A stretch of 64,000 nt of DNA. Origin: Geosiphon pyriformis uo1 (Eukaryota > Fungi > Glomeromycota). Positions 51,059-64,000 of the stretch are shown here, one piece after another. The stretch covers positions 390,763-454,762 of the forward strand of contig JAAOMT010000057.1 of assembly GCA_016748015.1 (NCBI GenBank), read 5' to 3'. A program made the translations under genes and the position numbers. Each line of letters begins with the position of its first letter. The stretch's first letter is position 1. The notes under the pieces are model-generated. The model saw only the letters and a list, made by a program, of their open reading frames with translations, was not told the origin of the DNA and did no database searches.

Positions 51059-52441
51059 TCAATTTTATGTGTTTGGTTCGATGATTATAATTGGTTCTAA
51101 ATCTTGTAGAATCTCATCTGGTTTGACTAGTATTCTCTGTACTCCTAATTGGAGAATATTATTGGTAGATAATAATGCTATATGGTGATATTGTTTTAGT
51201 CAATCACTATGTACTGCTTTGGTTAAGATTTTGTTGTTCAACCTTAATTTATAAGCTCTATTTCCAAGAATTTTTTCTATGTGAAATGATCTGTCTCATT
51301 TGGGGTCAAATTTTCTACTCCATTGTTTTTCTGCTTTAGTATGATGTAGAAGTACTTTGTCTTCAATCTTGAATTCAACTGGTTTCTATGGTAGTTGGTT
51401 ATTGTGTTTTCCTTTTTGTTTTTCTTGTGACTTTTGAATGTTATCAGCTGCTCTTTGCTGTGTGTTTTCTAATGTCTCTATTAAGTCATATGTTCTTCTT
51501 AACAATGTTCTTTGAAAATTCTCTTCTGTTATTAATTCTGTTGGATATGTCTTGACTTCTATCTCAACTGGTAATGTTGCTGTTCTACCATATACTAATT
51601 CGAATAGTGTTGTCTATGTAATGTCTTGCTTCATTGTTCTATAAGCAAATAATACTGATAGTATAATCAAATTCTATTTGTCTTGGTTTTTTTGGCTGAT
51701 CTTGGCAATGGCTTTACACAATGTTCTGTTAAATCTTTCAACTAACTTATTTATTTGTGAATGAAATAGTAATGATAATGGTCTTTTTATCCCAAATCTT
51801 TGACTTAATTCTGCCAATGTTCTATTCACAAAGTAAGTTCCTTAATCTGATAGTAGTTTTTTTAGACATTCATGTTAACAGATCAAATTTTGATGAACAA
51901 ATTTGGCAATAGATTCTGCATCTGCTCTTTGAATTGCTTTTGCTTCTGGCCATTTAGTGAGATAGTCCATGACTACTATAATATATCTGTTGCCTTTGCT
52001 GGTGATTGTTAATGATCTAACTAAGTCAATTCCAATGTGATCGAATGGTTGTCCTATTTTGATTAGTCTTAATGGTTCACTGGATTTTGTTTTATCTCTT
52101 CTTTGACAAGCATTACAACTTTGAACATATTAAATAATGTTTGGATATATTAATAGCTAATAGTATCTTTTTCTGATTTTTTTTATAGTTGCTTCTTTAT
52201 AAAAATGTTTTGCTGTTGGATCTGAATGCATGTTAAATAATATTGTCTTTTTCTTTGATTCTATAATTACTCTGGTTGATTAATCTAGATTTCTTTTGTT
52301 TTTCCAGTAAAGTATATTTTGATGATTAATAAAATATTTTGATTGTTGTTTTATGTTCCTTTGTTCTTTTTGAGATAATTTCTCCTTGAACAATTGAGTA
52401 TTTATATAATGTTGGAGTTGTTGGTATTTTTGTATATTCAT
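51059..52441 (-). pseudogene. Integrase of H
   Basis: ATG at 52441; HSDPTAKHF..CNACQR; PFDHIGIDLV; MDYLTKWPEA. Confidence 0.9.
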
Positions 52442-52471
52442 CTTTTGTTATATTTTTGGGTTAAAATGTTT

Positions 52472-55400
52472 TTAGATTTGTTTTATTTGTGACAGACCAT
52501 TAGCATTTCTGTTTTCTTTTCCTTTTTTGTAATGTACTGTATAATTGAATGGTAAAAGTTTTATTTTCTATCTTGCATAATAATCATCTCCAAATTCTTG
52601 CTTTTGGATTGAAGTCAATTCTTTGTGATTAGTGTATACATTAAACTTTTGACTCAAGTATTCTTTTTATTTGGTGACAGCCCAATAGATAGCTAAGTGT
52701 TCTAATGCTGGAGTTTTATAGTTCTTTTTAGCTGGACTTAAGCTTTTACTGGCATAAGCTACTGAATGGTTTTGTCCATCCAGTCTTTTCTGAGATAATA
52801 CTACTCTTAATGCTTAATCCGATACATTAGTTGTAATTATGAATGGCTTGTTATGATCTGAATAAATCAATACTGAAGCTTGAATAAGCTTTTTTCTTAA
52901 TGTATCAAAAGCTTTTTGCTGGGTTTTTGTCCATTCATATTTAGTGTTTTTTGTTTGGAGCTGGTGTAGTAATTGAGCTATTTTGGAAAAGTCTTTGATA
53001 AAATGGCAGTAGTATCCAGCAAATTCCAAGAATGCTCTTAATTTTGTGAGATTATTTGGTATTGGAAAGTTCTTGACAATCTCAATCTTATCTGAATTTG
53101 TCTTAATTCTGTCTTTGCTAACAATGTGTCTCAAAAACTTAAGTTTAGTTTTTCCAAAGAAATATTTGGTTGTATTCAATTTTAATTCTGCTTGTCTAAG
53201 TCTTTTAAATACTTGTTGGAGATGATACAAATGATCATCAAATGTTTTTGAAAACACATTGGTGTCATCTAAATATATGACTACTGATTTCCATAGTAGC
53301 TCTGTATAAACAATTTTCATAAGTCACTGAAAAATGGCTGGATTATTCATCAAGCCAAATGGCATAACTTCGAATTCAAAGTTTTTTTCTTGTGTTGTAA
53401 AAGTCATTTTTTCTTTGTCTTCTGGTTTCATGACTACTTGCCAGTAACCACTGTCTAAGTCTAGTGTTGAAAACCATTTTTTTTCTCCAAAAGCATCAAA
53501 CAGCTCTTAAATCTTTGGTATTGGATAGCTATCTCTTTTGGTTACTTCATTCAGTTTTTAGTAATTTACACAAAAGTGGATTTTTCTATTTTTTTTATGG
53601 ACTAGTACCATTGGTGATAACCATGGGCTCATTGATGGCTAAATTAGCCTTTGTCAAACATCTGATTGATTTCTTGATGAATGATCTCATGGCTGGCTGG
53701 TGGTACTCTGTATGCTCTCTGTTTAATTGGCATTGTATCTTCAGTCTTGATTTGATGTTGGATAATATCAGTTTTGCCAAATTTGTTTTTACTGGCAAAG
53801 ATATCATTAAAATTGTTGAGTAATATTTTGAGTTGCATACGTTGAAATGGGTCTAAGTTTTCCAAATTCATTTGTTCCAATTGTTTTGGTTGGAGCAGAT
53901 AACATTCTTCTTATCTGTATATAGTTTGAGATGTGATATCTACATATCTGCACAGTTATAGAAAGTCTGAAATAGTGTTTGGCATTTGGTCTTCAATTTT
54001 TGTGATCAAGTATTCAATGATGGTTTTTTTTGGTATTTCAATGATATCTCTTATGTTGTTATAAATGGGAATTTTGATGTGTTTGTGGTTTTTGGCTGGT
54101 ATGTATAGATTGATTAATCCAATCTTTCCTGATTTACAAAGTGTTGTTTCTGCCTCAAAAATCTGAACCTGATCCTTTACTTTTTTTTTTATGACTACTA
54201 TGTACTGGTTATATGGTGGAATGGAAATTGATTAATGGGTGGAAATAATTTCTCCCTTGTCAATAATTTTTTTTTCTGTTATATTAACTGGTATATTTAT
54301 TCTACCCATAAATTTGAATTCTTGTATCTCTCTTGCTGTTATCCCTAATTCTTCTTGGTTTTCTACTAATACTAATTAAGCTATTTTAACTAGAGACAAG
54401 AATATTGTCTGTGTTATCTTTTCATTTGGATTTATAATATATGTCTTTTCTGAGTTATTTTGTAGTATAGCAATGATATTTCCTATGTATCTTGTGTCAA
54501 TTATTTCTTCTCTGATGTTGATTCCCTTTTTGGCTAAGTTACTCCTAGATATTAATTGCACTATTGTTGTTGCTGGAATTTTCAGTGCTATTTTGAGATC
54601 AATGCAGATGCATGAATAGGGTTCCAATTTAATAGGATTTTTTCCCAGATATCTCAGATCAAACTCTGTATTGGTATCATGCACATGTTCTGACATAATA
54701 TCTTTATCATTATTGCTGAACCATTTAAGTTCCTGCTTTTTGGTAAGATCAGGAAATGTGATATATGTTTCAGGGTTTGAATCAGAGTTTGAATTATCAT
54801 AATTTTCATTGCCATTTTGAATGAAGCTGAAACCATTATTTTCATCATTATCATTGTCAGAGTTTGAATTGGGATTGAAAGTTGATTCTAATTCTGATGT
54901 GCAGCTGCTGATTGGTTCGTCTTCTTCTGGAATCGTGTAGATCATGTGGATTGGTAGATTGTAAATGAGATTACACTCATTACAATATTGAAAGTTACAT
55001 GAGATCAAACAGTAGTCACATAGTTAAGTGTTAATTTTTTTCAAATATTGTTCTTGTTCTTTTCAAGTGGGTGCCAATTCTTGGTAGTGCTCATAGAATT
55101 GTTCTGAGTCTAAGAAATTTATGACTGGTTCTGGGTTCCAGTCAAGTTTTATGAGTTTTGGAGGGTTATTTTTTATTATCCTAATTTCTTTTGGTGATGT
55201 GCCTTCAATTTTGGCAAGTGCCATTCATCATATTTTATCATTATTGTGTGGACAGCCATCTAAACATTTAACTGTTTATCTCTAGGCAATGTCTATGAGT
55301 GTTTTTTTTCTTATCCAGTCACTTATGAGAATTGTGTACTGACATGATTTGTTGCACATTCCTCTTCTCCCAGGAATTTTATTCCACATTCCTTCATTTA

Positions 55401-56350
55401 GGAGAGTTTCACTACATGCCAAGTATGGTTTGTTGTTCCATTTTCCTTGTTTTTTTGGTTGTCCAAACTGTTTAATATTGTATGGGTGGCAATAGAATTT
55501 AGTTGCCATTTGCCATTCTTCATCATCATCACAGCATGTGCCTATTGTGGACAATTTCTTGTCACAATTAATGCATACTAGTTTCAGTCAGCAATAGTTA
55601 GATGGTGGTGGTGTGGTATAGGTATAAAGAATATAAGTGGCAGTAGTGGTTAGTGCTGGCTCTTCTTTTTTCCTTTTTTCTTTTCCTTTTGTTTTTTCCT
55701 TCCACTCTCAAATTGATGATTTGTTTGGTTCATTATCAGTTCTTTAGGCTTGGTTGGCATTCCAGGTAAGTTCTTTCTTTTGTTTTTTTTTTCTGTTGTT
55801 TCAAGAAGGTATTAACAGTAACTTGTTGTGGTCATCTTTAGCCCATAACACTTGATAAGCTTTCCAGATAAGTTTCTTCTCTTCTTCTTCAAACTTAATG
55901 AATAGTGCTAATGGCATAGTGATGGGTTTGAAGTGACCACACATGACAGATACCCATGTGTGTTAACTGTCCTGGCTAAGTTGTAATTTCTGTGTGTTCC
56001 AGTCAAGCATGATATTTGTTTTGACTAGCCAGTCATTACCAACTAAGGCTTGGTACTGCATAGCTTCTATCACCAAAACTTTGATTGGGATAATAATGCC
56101 ATTTACTTCAAAGAAAAAATCATCAATCTCACTAATAGAAGTTTTGGTCACTCCATCAGTCATTATTATCCTGGCACTGGCAGTGCGATCAATCTGGCAA
56201 TCTAATTGGTCTATAAGTTGTTTTGTAATGATGCTGCCAGTTGATCTACTATCTAAGATCAGTTTGATGAAGTGGCTATTCACTTTAGCATTTGTATACA
56301 TGGCAGTAATTGGTTTTTCTTCAAGTATGGCTCTACTAAACAAGAGCATA
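52472..56350 (-). pseudogene. pol: pol of H: PR, Cys-rich domain, dUTPase (~54300-54695), dUTPase-like domain, RT, RNase H
   Basis: LILDSRST; ISRSNLA..IIDTRYIGNI; IYLDDTNVFS; LRAFLEFAGYY. Confidence 0.92.
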
Positions 56351-56649
56351 AATGACAGTTCTTCAAGTTCAAATAGGAATATTGTTGCTAGTGAGTCATT
56401 GTCAATAACAGTGGCTGAAAATATGTTGCTGGTCAGTGATTTGGTTTGATTAGATTCCTGGTTGTTGGATGAGGCATCTTTTGAGGTAACCAGTAGACTT
56501 AAATAGGATTGGGAATTTGGGTTTTGGGCATACCTGGTGCCTGAATTCTATTGTTGAGATTCTAATAGTTGTGTTAAAGAACTGGAGATTGGTTGGTAGA
56601 CAATCATTGATAATCTCCAAATTTGGGTAACTCTTGATCTGGGATTCTC

Positions 56650-58633
56650 TGATGTTATCTGAGCTGAGTTTACTGGTGGTGATAGAATTGGTTGGAATTA
56701 ATATATTGTTTGAGGCTGTAGCTGATAGATAGGTTGAGACTGCAGTTGATAAATGATGGGTGTTGTCAGCTGATAAATTGGAGCTTAATATATAGGTGGT
56801 TAATAAATTGGCTGTTGCATCATTTGGGTGTAATGAGGTAAGTATTGATCTTAATTTGTATTCTAATTCAGAGTTTGAAACCTGTGATCAAGATTTTGAT
56901 ATTGATTTCCTGATTGTGAGTTATTATTATAAAAGCAGCAGTCAATTCTCAAATGGTCTTATTTACCACAATTGTGGCAGATATGCGTTTCTTGCTGCCA
57001 TAGCTAATTAGATAATAATTATGAACATGATTAATTTTGGGAGCAATTTATGTTTCCAGAATTATTATGTCATTGGAGTGGCTAATAAATTGCATGATTG
57101 TCAGTTATGTATCCTTCTAATTTCTGATTAATTGAATCACTGAGTTGTTTCAATTTGGAATTCAAGTCAGATGATCTATTTATGACTAAGTTTACAGCTT
57201 GGGCATGATTAGTCTTTAATTTAGCTGACTCAAAGTCTCTGGCCTGTGTAACTGCATCTTGGAGTGTTGGTGGATGTAATAGTCATATGCATTGAAGAAG
57301 GCTACTGTGCAGGCCATGAATAAATTGGTTTAGAATCTGTGGTGCTGTAAAATAGTCAGTCTAAATTGCTTGAATTTGGTGCAAGTTTCTGTAGAAGCAT
57401 TCCAAGTAAGTGGTAACTGCTTTAGTTTCTCCCTGTTTGATTATAGTGAAGGCATTGGCTAAGTGATTAATACTATTATTATTGCTGAAATATCCCAAGA
57501 ATGCAATTTTAAATTTCTAGAATGTTTGAGATTTGGTGGTTAAACTCTGATATCACAAGTCGGCAGTATCTTGTAGAAAATAGGAGATCACTTGAAGGGC
57601 TCTGTTATTGTTCTATTTATTGGCTGTGATGGTTTTTTCTACATCATTAAGTCATACTTGAGCATCATTCTCTTTGTCAGTAAATTTTTCTATCTTGATG
57701 ATTGGAGCATAGGCCATTGGTTATTGTTATTGTGGGGGTGGTGGTTGAAGTTGTTGTTAAATAGGTTGCTGAAGTGGCTGCTGTTGAATCAGTTCAATAA
57801 TCAGTTCAATTGGTTGCTAATCAATAACAATTACTGGAGATAAAGTTTTGCTAATTAATTGTTTCAAAGTTTGGATTGTTTTGAGTTTGCTGGGTTTGAA
57901 TGTTCAGAGTTTTAACTTCCAGATTTTCAAAAATCGGGTTTTGATAATTGAATTCCTGATTATTGTCTTTCTCTTCTTTTGATTCCATTAATTTCTAAGA
58001 ACTTGTATTTCCGAAATCTGGTGGAAGTGGTGGTGATTAAAATCCTGATGGCATTGGTGATCATAATTTAAATTCTTTAAAATATTCGCCATATGATCCC
58101 AATAACTCTGCTCTTCTTTATTTATTTTAAAATAGGAATTGTCCAAAGATTGATGTTGTATTTGATGTGGACATGTCTGCTGAGGAGATATTGATGGCAC
58201 TTCTTGACATATAATGGTATAATAGATTGGTTGGTAATTTAACTCTGGTTTTCTTCCAAGTGGGTAGTTGTATCTTTTTGGGTATTACTGCTAGTGTTTA
58301 CAATCTTCTTTTGCCTTTGTCTATGTAGGTGATGGGGAATTGTTGTTGGGTGTACCTTTCAATGGTTTGATTGATTTCCCCAATAATTGGTGCAAAACTG
58401 TAGTTTCTTGGTAAACTGGTATGTTAAAATAATTCTGTATAGAAATTTTCCCTTGTGGATTCAATATTAATTGTTCCTCCTAAGCAGTCTGTGATTTTAT
58501 TATTAACATAAAAATTGAAGGCTGATTCTGCTGGAAAATGGTTATTGTTTAATCCTAACTGTTGGCTGTACTGTTGAAACAAGGATTTGGCAAATCCTAA
58601 ATGGTTGGTTTCTATGATTTCTGATTCTGCCAC
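56650..58633 (-). pseudogene. gag: gag of H
   Basis: VAESEIIETNHLGFAKSLFQQYSQQLGL; ICHNCGK knuckle at ~56960-56980. Confidence 0.82.
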
Positions 58634-60339
58634 TTTTGGATAATTGTTGTTGATGCTGGTTCTCTGTAGGATTATACTTTACAAAGAGCACCAAATGTTA
58701 TTAATGATTATTTGCAGTCTCAAATCAAATAACAAATCTGTAACTTGGTGCTCAATAAATATAATAATGTTAGTAATTTCTGAAGATGTGTTGTTCTGAA
58801 GGTTTTGGTTGAGTCTTTTGTATAATGAACAGAGATTTAATGATAATAGTGTTATCTGTAGCTTCCCAAAACCTTAATTTCATCAATTTTTTTCTCAATG
58901 TAATGGCTGGTAATTCTCCTGGTAAGCTATCTTCAATCAAGTGTTCTACTCTTATTTCTGAGTCTTTTACCAATGACTTTATCCTGACATCAGTACCTCC
59001 ATATGTAAATCTTTTTTAATCAAGTTAACAAATAACAAAGAAATAAAACAAGAAAAGAAAAATAAAGAAAATAAAAAACATAAGCCAAAGCAATTTGCAC
59101 ATTAGTATTCCATCAATAACTATGATCAAAAGCTATTGTTCCAGTATGGTTAAGTATCAATTACTATCAATATAAAGTGTTAATAATGGGGAGTAGATTG
59201 AGATAATAAATAATTATTTATTAATATTTGTAAATAGAAGGTTGCTTAGATTAAATCTAAACTAAGAGATCTGTCTTTTTTACTTCTAATACTACTGCTA
59301 TATATACATAATTGAGATTCCTCAATTCTTCAATTCCTCAATTCTTTACACCAGGAATTCTGAAATTCTGCAATTTTTTGTATGAGAATCCTGAAATTTT
59401 TGGAATTCTGCAATTCTTCTGAAAGGAATCCTGAAATTTCACATTTACTACAGTTATTTCTAATTGGCTAATTTATATGCTAATATATTTTCTATATTCT
59501 ATGAGTAACAATAAGAACCATTTTTTGTTTCCTAAATTGTTCAGAATTTCTTAAATAAGAGGTGTGAGATAACTATCTTCTTGGGTGATGCTGTTTAGCT
59601 TTTAGTAGTCTACACAGAATCTTATCTTCCCATTTTTCTTGGTGACCAGGACCACTGGAAAAAACCAAGAGCTTAGTAATTCTTTAATTAAGCCATTGTT
59701 AAGCATTTATTGTACTTCTTGCTTAATTAGATTATCATCAAATGGGAGCACTCAGTAGACCTACTGTTTAATAGGTTGTGTATCTTCTGTATCAATCTAA
59801 TGCTTTACAATGTCAATGTGTTCAAACTCATTTTTATTGACAAAAACATCAACATATTAATTTAAGAGAACCTTAAATTGAATTTGCTAGAGAGTATTCA
59901 GGTTTCCCAAATGTAGTTTGTTGATTTCTTTTGATATGAACAGATAATTTTTTTTTGACAAGTTCTATACTTGTAAGATAATATTGCAAAATAAGAATAG
60001 TTGTGTAAAGTCTGGAATGGGTTGGGTTTTTTTGGGATGTTAAATGTCTGATGAAATGGAACCAATAAGAGTCTCTTTGGGGATTTTAATGACATCTTTT
60101 ATGGGTTTGTGGATGGAGATTTTGAAGTGTTTATGAGTTTTGGCTGGTAGGTATAAGTTAGCAACATCAGTTAGGGAACAAATTTCAGAACTGGCTTCAA
60201 ATAACAGGACTTGATCTTGAATTTTTCAATTCATTTTAAGGATATATTGTTGATATAAAGGAATAGAAATAACTGTATCAGTATAAATAAGTTCTACCTG
60301 GTCATTGTCTTCCTCCATGAAGTTGATTGGTACATTTAC

Positions 60340-60735
60340 TCTTTTACTTGATCCAAATCTGTTGATTCTTTGGACAGTGAAGCCTAATTCTTCTTGAATT
60401 GTTACCAAAATTAATTGGAGTATTTTGACTAAAGATAGGAAGATAGCTTGAGTAATTTTTTCTTGTAATTCTATTTTGTAAAATTTGTCTGAATTGTTCT
60501 GTAGCATCATACTAATGTTTTCCATATAATTAGCATTAATGATTCCTTCTTTTATGTTGATTTCTTTCTTGGCTAGATTAGATCGAAAAGCAACTTGTAC
60601 CATTGTACTAACAGGAATTTCTAATGCTATCTTAAAATTTATTGTTACAAGAGAATGTGAGACTATAACTATAGGTGATTGTCTGGAATATCATAGGTCA
60701 AAACTAGCATCAGTGTCATGTGTTCTATTAAACAG
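60340..60735 (-). pseudogene. dut: dUTPase domain of G
   Basis: HDTDASFDL; AFRSNLA; EGIINANYMENI; EKITQAIF; QRINRFGSS. Confidence 0.85.
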
Positions 60736-63700
60736 ATTTTTTTTTTGTTGTCACTATATCATTTTAATTCTAATTCTTTGAAAAGATTTGGATAAGCAAG
60801 ATACTATTCTGTTTTAGTATCCTTAGTTGAATTTTGAAATGACATATTCTCAGTGATTAATTCCTTTTCTACCTCAGACTCAGGTAGTTTGGTAATTGAA
60901 TATAGTTTTCTTAGAGATGGATTAAACATAAGATCACATTTATTGCAGTACTGAAAATAACAAGAGATCAAACAATAATTGCACAGTTTTATGTTTAAGT
61001 TAGCTAACTACTGTTCTTGCTCTTTTCAAGTTAGAGCCAATTCCTAATATTGATTTTGAAATGTGTCTAAGTCATCCATAAAAAAATCTTCTATGATGTA
61101 GTTGGGTTCATTGTATTCTGGTATAAACAGATTTTCTTTGATTTTTTGTATTTTACCAAGTGTGGCATATTTGGCTTTGGCACTTGCCATTCTCCATATT
61201 TTGTGTTCATTATGTGAGTAATCATTTAATCTACTGAGTGCTTGTTTCCAGGTATTTTTAATTAGGGTTTTTTTTCATACCCAATCATTGATCAAAATAG
61301 TGTATTAACATGCTTCATCATATGTTCCTTCTCTGCTGGGAACATCATTCCATAGTTCTTCATTTGGCAGGATCTTGCCACAAGCAAAACATGATGTATT
61401 ATCTTATTTATCTTGTCATTTTGGTTTGCTAAATCTTTTTAACACACAAAATCTGTAGTAATGTTTGGTAGTGGTTGGCTATTTTTTGTTATCTTTGATA
61501 TATGCACCCATAAAAGATAACTTTTTCTCACAGTTAACACAAATTAATTTCAGGATTTAATATCATTAATTTCTTTAATTTGGAGTGAGATAGTCTGCAG
61601 GTGCTAATTGTAGTTCTTTTTCTGCTTTTCCTTTGCTTTTTTCTTCTCAAGTTGGTGGTGGAACTAACTCTGCTCAGTAATCATCAGTCCAAGAAACTTG
61701 ATAGGCCTCTAGTGTTGGTGGTGGTATTAAGTCTTCAAATTCAATTAGCAGTTCTTTTGGGCTTTGAGCTTTTAAGTGTCTACATGTAGCCAGAACTTAT
61801 GCATGCTGTTTATTAACAGTAATCTGTAGTTTTTGTATATTCCAGTCAATAGTAGCATTAGCTTTAGTTAACTAATCATTTCCTACAAGAGCTTGATATT
61901 GGGTGGCCTTCATAACAAGCATTTTGGTGGGGATTTGAATTCCATTGATTTTGAAAAAGAAGTTGTCAATTTTTTCTATTGGAGTTTTAGTATTTCTATT
62001 TGCAATTATGATTTAGGTGGTAGCTGCATAGTCTACTTGGTAACCTAGTTGATTTATGAGTTGCTTTGTGATTATACTATCTGCTGATTCACTATTGAGA
62101 ATTAATTTAATGTTAATGTTTTTAACTCTAATATCAGTATACAAGACAGTTATTGGTTTATTCTGATTAATGGTGGCTTTACTGAAAAGACTATTGGTGT
62201 TCAGATTGTCAATGTTGAAGAAAAATATAGTGGCAAAGGTGGTGTCTTCAATAATAATGGCAGGTAAAATAGTATTGTTGATTTGATTTTGACTTGAAGA
62301 GTTGAATATTTTTCCTACATTTTTCTCTTCTAAAGATATAGAGCTACAAAAATTCTGGTTTTTAGTAAAACCAAGATATAAAGCTTGATTTAGGTATCTA
62401 GTTGGTGCTAATTGAGATAAGACATTACTCTAATTGAGGAGTTGCAATAGTTTACTGTTAGTCTGCATCTAATTGTTGTTGGAGTTCCTCCATTCTTGGT
62501 TGTAGTTAATCATACAAGGTCTAAGTAGATTATAGATAGAGTTTTAATACTGTAGTTACTTAAGTCATTGGCTACAATGACTAATAGTAGTTCTGAGACA
62601 GTTGTTGAGTATACATGATTGGTTGTACATATTGGGACAGTAGATACTAGGACATGGAGTATTAGGGTTCTATTGTCTGGGGATATCTTGGATGATGATA
62701 TTGAGTTTCTTGATTCTGGTCTGCTAATTTCTGTTGGCAATCCTGGGCAATATGTTCAAGTTTCTGACAATAATAACAATTGCAAAGATCAGATTTCCAA
62801 GATTGCTGTTGTTGCTGATGTTTCTGTTGTTAAAGATACCTACTGCTATTATTGTTTTTTATTGGGATGACTGATAAGTTTCTGTTGTACTGGTTAAGAA
62901 TCTCTCAATTTTCTGAGTTAATTTCTCACTTAATTGGATTATTTTTGCATCAATGTCCACAGTTTTGTTGATGGCTAAATTAACAGTTTGGGTGTGATTG
63001 GCTTTTTGTTCTGCTAACTCAAAATTGTGAGCAAAGACAATGGCATCTGGTAAATTTGTTAGATGTCAAGATCTCATGAATCTTAGGAGACTGCTCCTTA
63101 GTTCCTTGACAAATTGATTAAAAACTTGCACCATAGTGTAGTAGTTTTTTTCAATTGCCAGTATTTGATGAAAGATTTGATTGAATCATCTAAGATAAGT
63201 AGTCACTGCTTTATGATCTTTTTGTTTTATTATACTGAATTGATTCTGTAATCTAATAAAAGTATTGGGGTCACAAAAGTATCATAGAAAGGCAAGTTTA
63301 AAGGTAGTAAAGTCAGTGGGTTTTTTCATTAGACTTTGATACCATGAATCTGCAGTTCTGGTCAAAAAAAATGACAGTGCTTGAATAGCTCTGTCATTAT
63401 TCCAGTTGTTGGTGGTAATTGCTTTCTTGGCTTCCACAATTTACAAGTATGTATTGTCTTCTTCACCAGAAAATTTTTCTAACTTGGTGATATCTTGATA
63501 AGTCATAATCTGGTAGGTAGGTGAAGTCTTACTAATTAATACTAAAAGGTTTGGAGTTTGCATGCTAAGGAGTTCTCCTGGTGCTAATTCTGGTTGTTTT
63601 TTTTTGTTAATTTTCTCAATAGGCTAAAAAATAACTGTTTCTTCAAAGGGGGTAGTTGATAATTCAGTTAAGAATTAAATTGATAGTAGTTCTCATGTCA

Positions 63701-64000
63701 ACATATTTCTATCTGTTTTATTAATTGTTGGGGTGAGGTTTCCAAATAATGATCCATATTCTTTTAGAGATTTGGTCCAACTGTTGTGATCTTATGGGTA
63801 TTGATTTTTGGAAGTTTATGGTATTTCTGCCTAGGTTTCTATGATTGGGTTAAATACAATTCTACTTTCCAGTATTTGATGATATAATGAAGTTGTTGGG
63901 AAAAGAATTCTTGGTTTCTTGTTGACTGTGGAGTGAGGTTGTTTTCATGTGACTACTGTGTTATTAGGTTCGAATTCATATTCTTCAGAGTCAAGTCTTG

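Larger units (their letters stand above)
48687..59510 (-). mobile_element. Complete LTR retrotransposon 'H' (A/F family), interrupted by solo LTR I
   Basis: LTRs 48687-49540 and 58696-59510; TSD ATGA 48683-86 / ATAA 59511-14; PBS ~58678-58693. Confidence 0.95.
44452..64000 (-). mobile_element. LTR retrotransposon 'G' (dUTPase-bearing, divergent subfamily), 5' end outside window, interrupted by H
   Basis: 3' LTR 44452-45501; PPT 45502-45517; ORF3, IN, RH and RT to 48686. RT resumes at 59515 (KKWF|SLDLAS), then dUTPase ~60340-60735, Cys-rich ~60900-61550, PR ~62100 and gag to the window end. Confidence 0.9.

Noticed and set aside
55994-56449. Antisense ORFs over PR/dUTPase/RT (also 53464-53823, 23014-23265, 60539-60781)
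   Set aside because: Shadow ORFs of the opposite-strand pol, not conserved among copies.

Overview
This window is almost entirely a nest of decayed fungal retrotransposons. I found no host gene, RNA gene or CRISPR array. The peptides look like Glomeromycotina (Geosiphon-type) repeats, which is my recognition and not a search result. Two APE-RT-RNaseH LINEs form the substrate: LINE1 (<12378-19630, poly(A) tail) and the much more decayed LINE2 (19631-44451). Five Ty3/Gypsy-order LTR elements are inserted: A (<1-12377, +), E (20311-37712, +), F (26413-36110, +), G (44452->64000, -) and H (48687-59510, -). There is also one non-autonomous LTR element, B (6561-9742), and four solo LTRs (C, C', D, I). 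Insertions with both flanks visible have 4-bp TSDs (some with one mismatch), nested up to four deep. All coding regions are pseudogenised by C>T/G>A transitions. The most interesting signal is the retrovirus-like architecture shared by the LTR elements: (1) a Cys-rich domain, a dUTPase and a dUTPase-like domain between protease and RT; (2) an integrase that appears to be a separate ORF behind conserved stops, with acceptor-like motifs; (3) a conserved ~210-240-codon 3' ORF with its own TATA box 42-49 nt upstream; (4) a covarying multi-hairpin plus GATACTAAC/U-tract module in the LTR, whose first loop has flipped between sister LTRs twice; (5) target sites that all have a central YR step compatible with ancestral NCGN.
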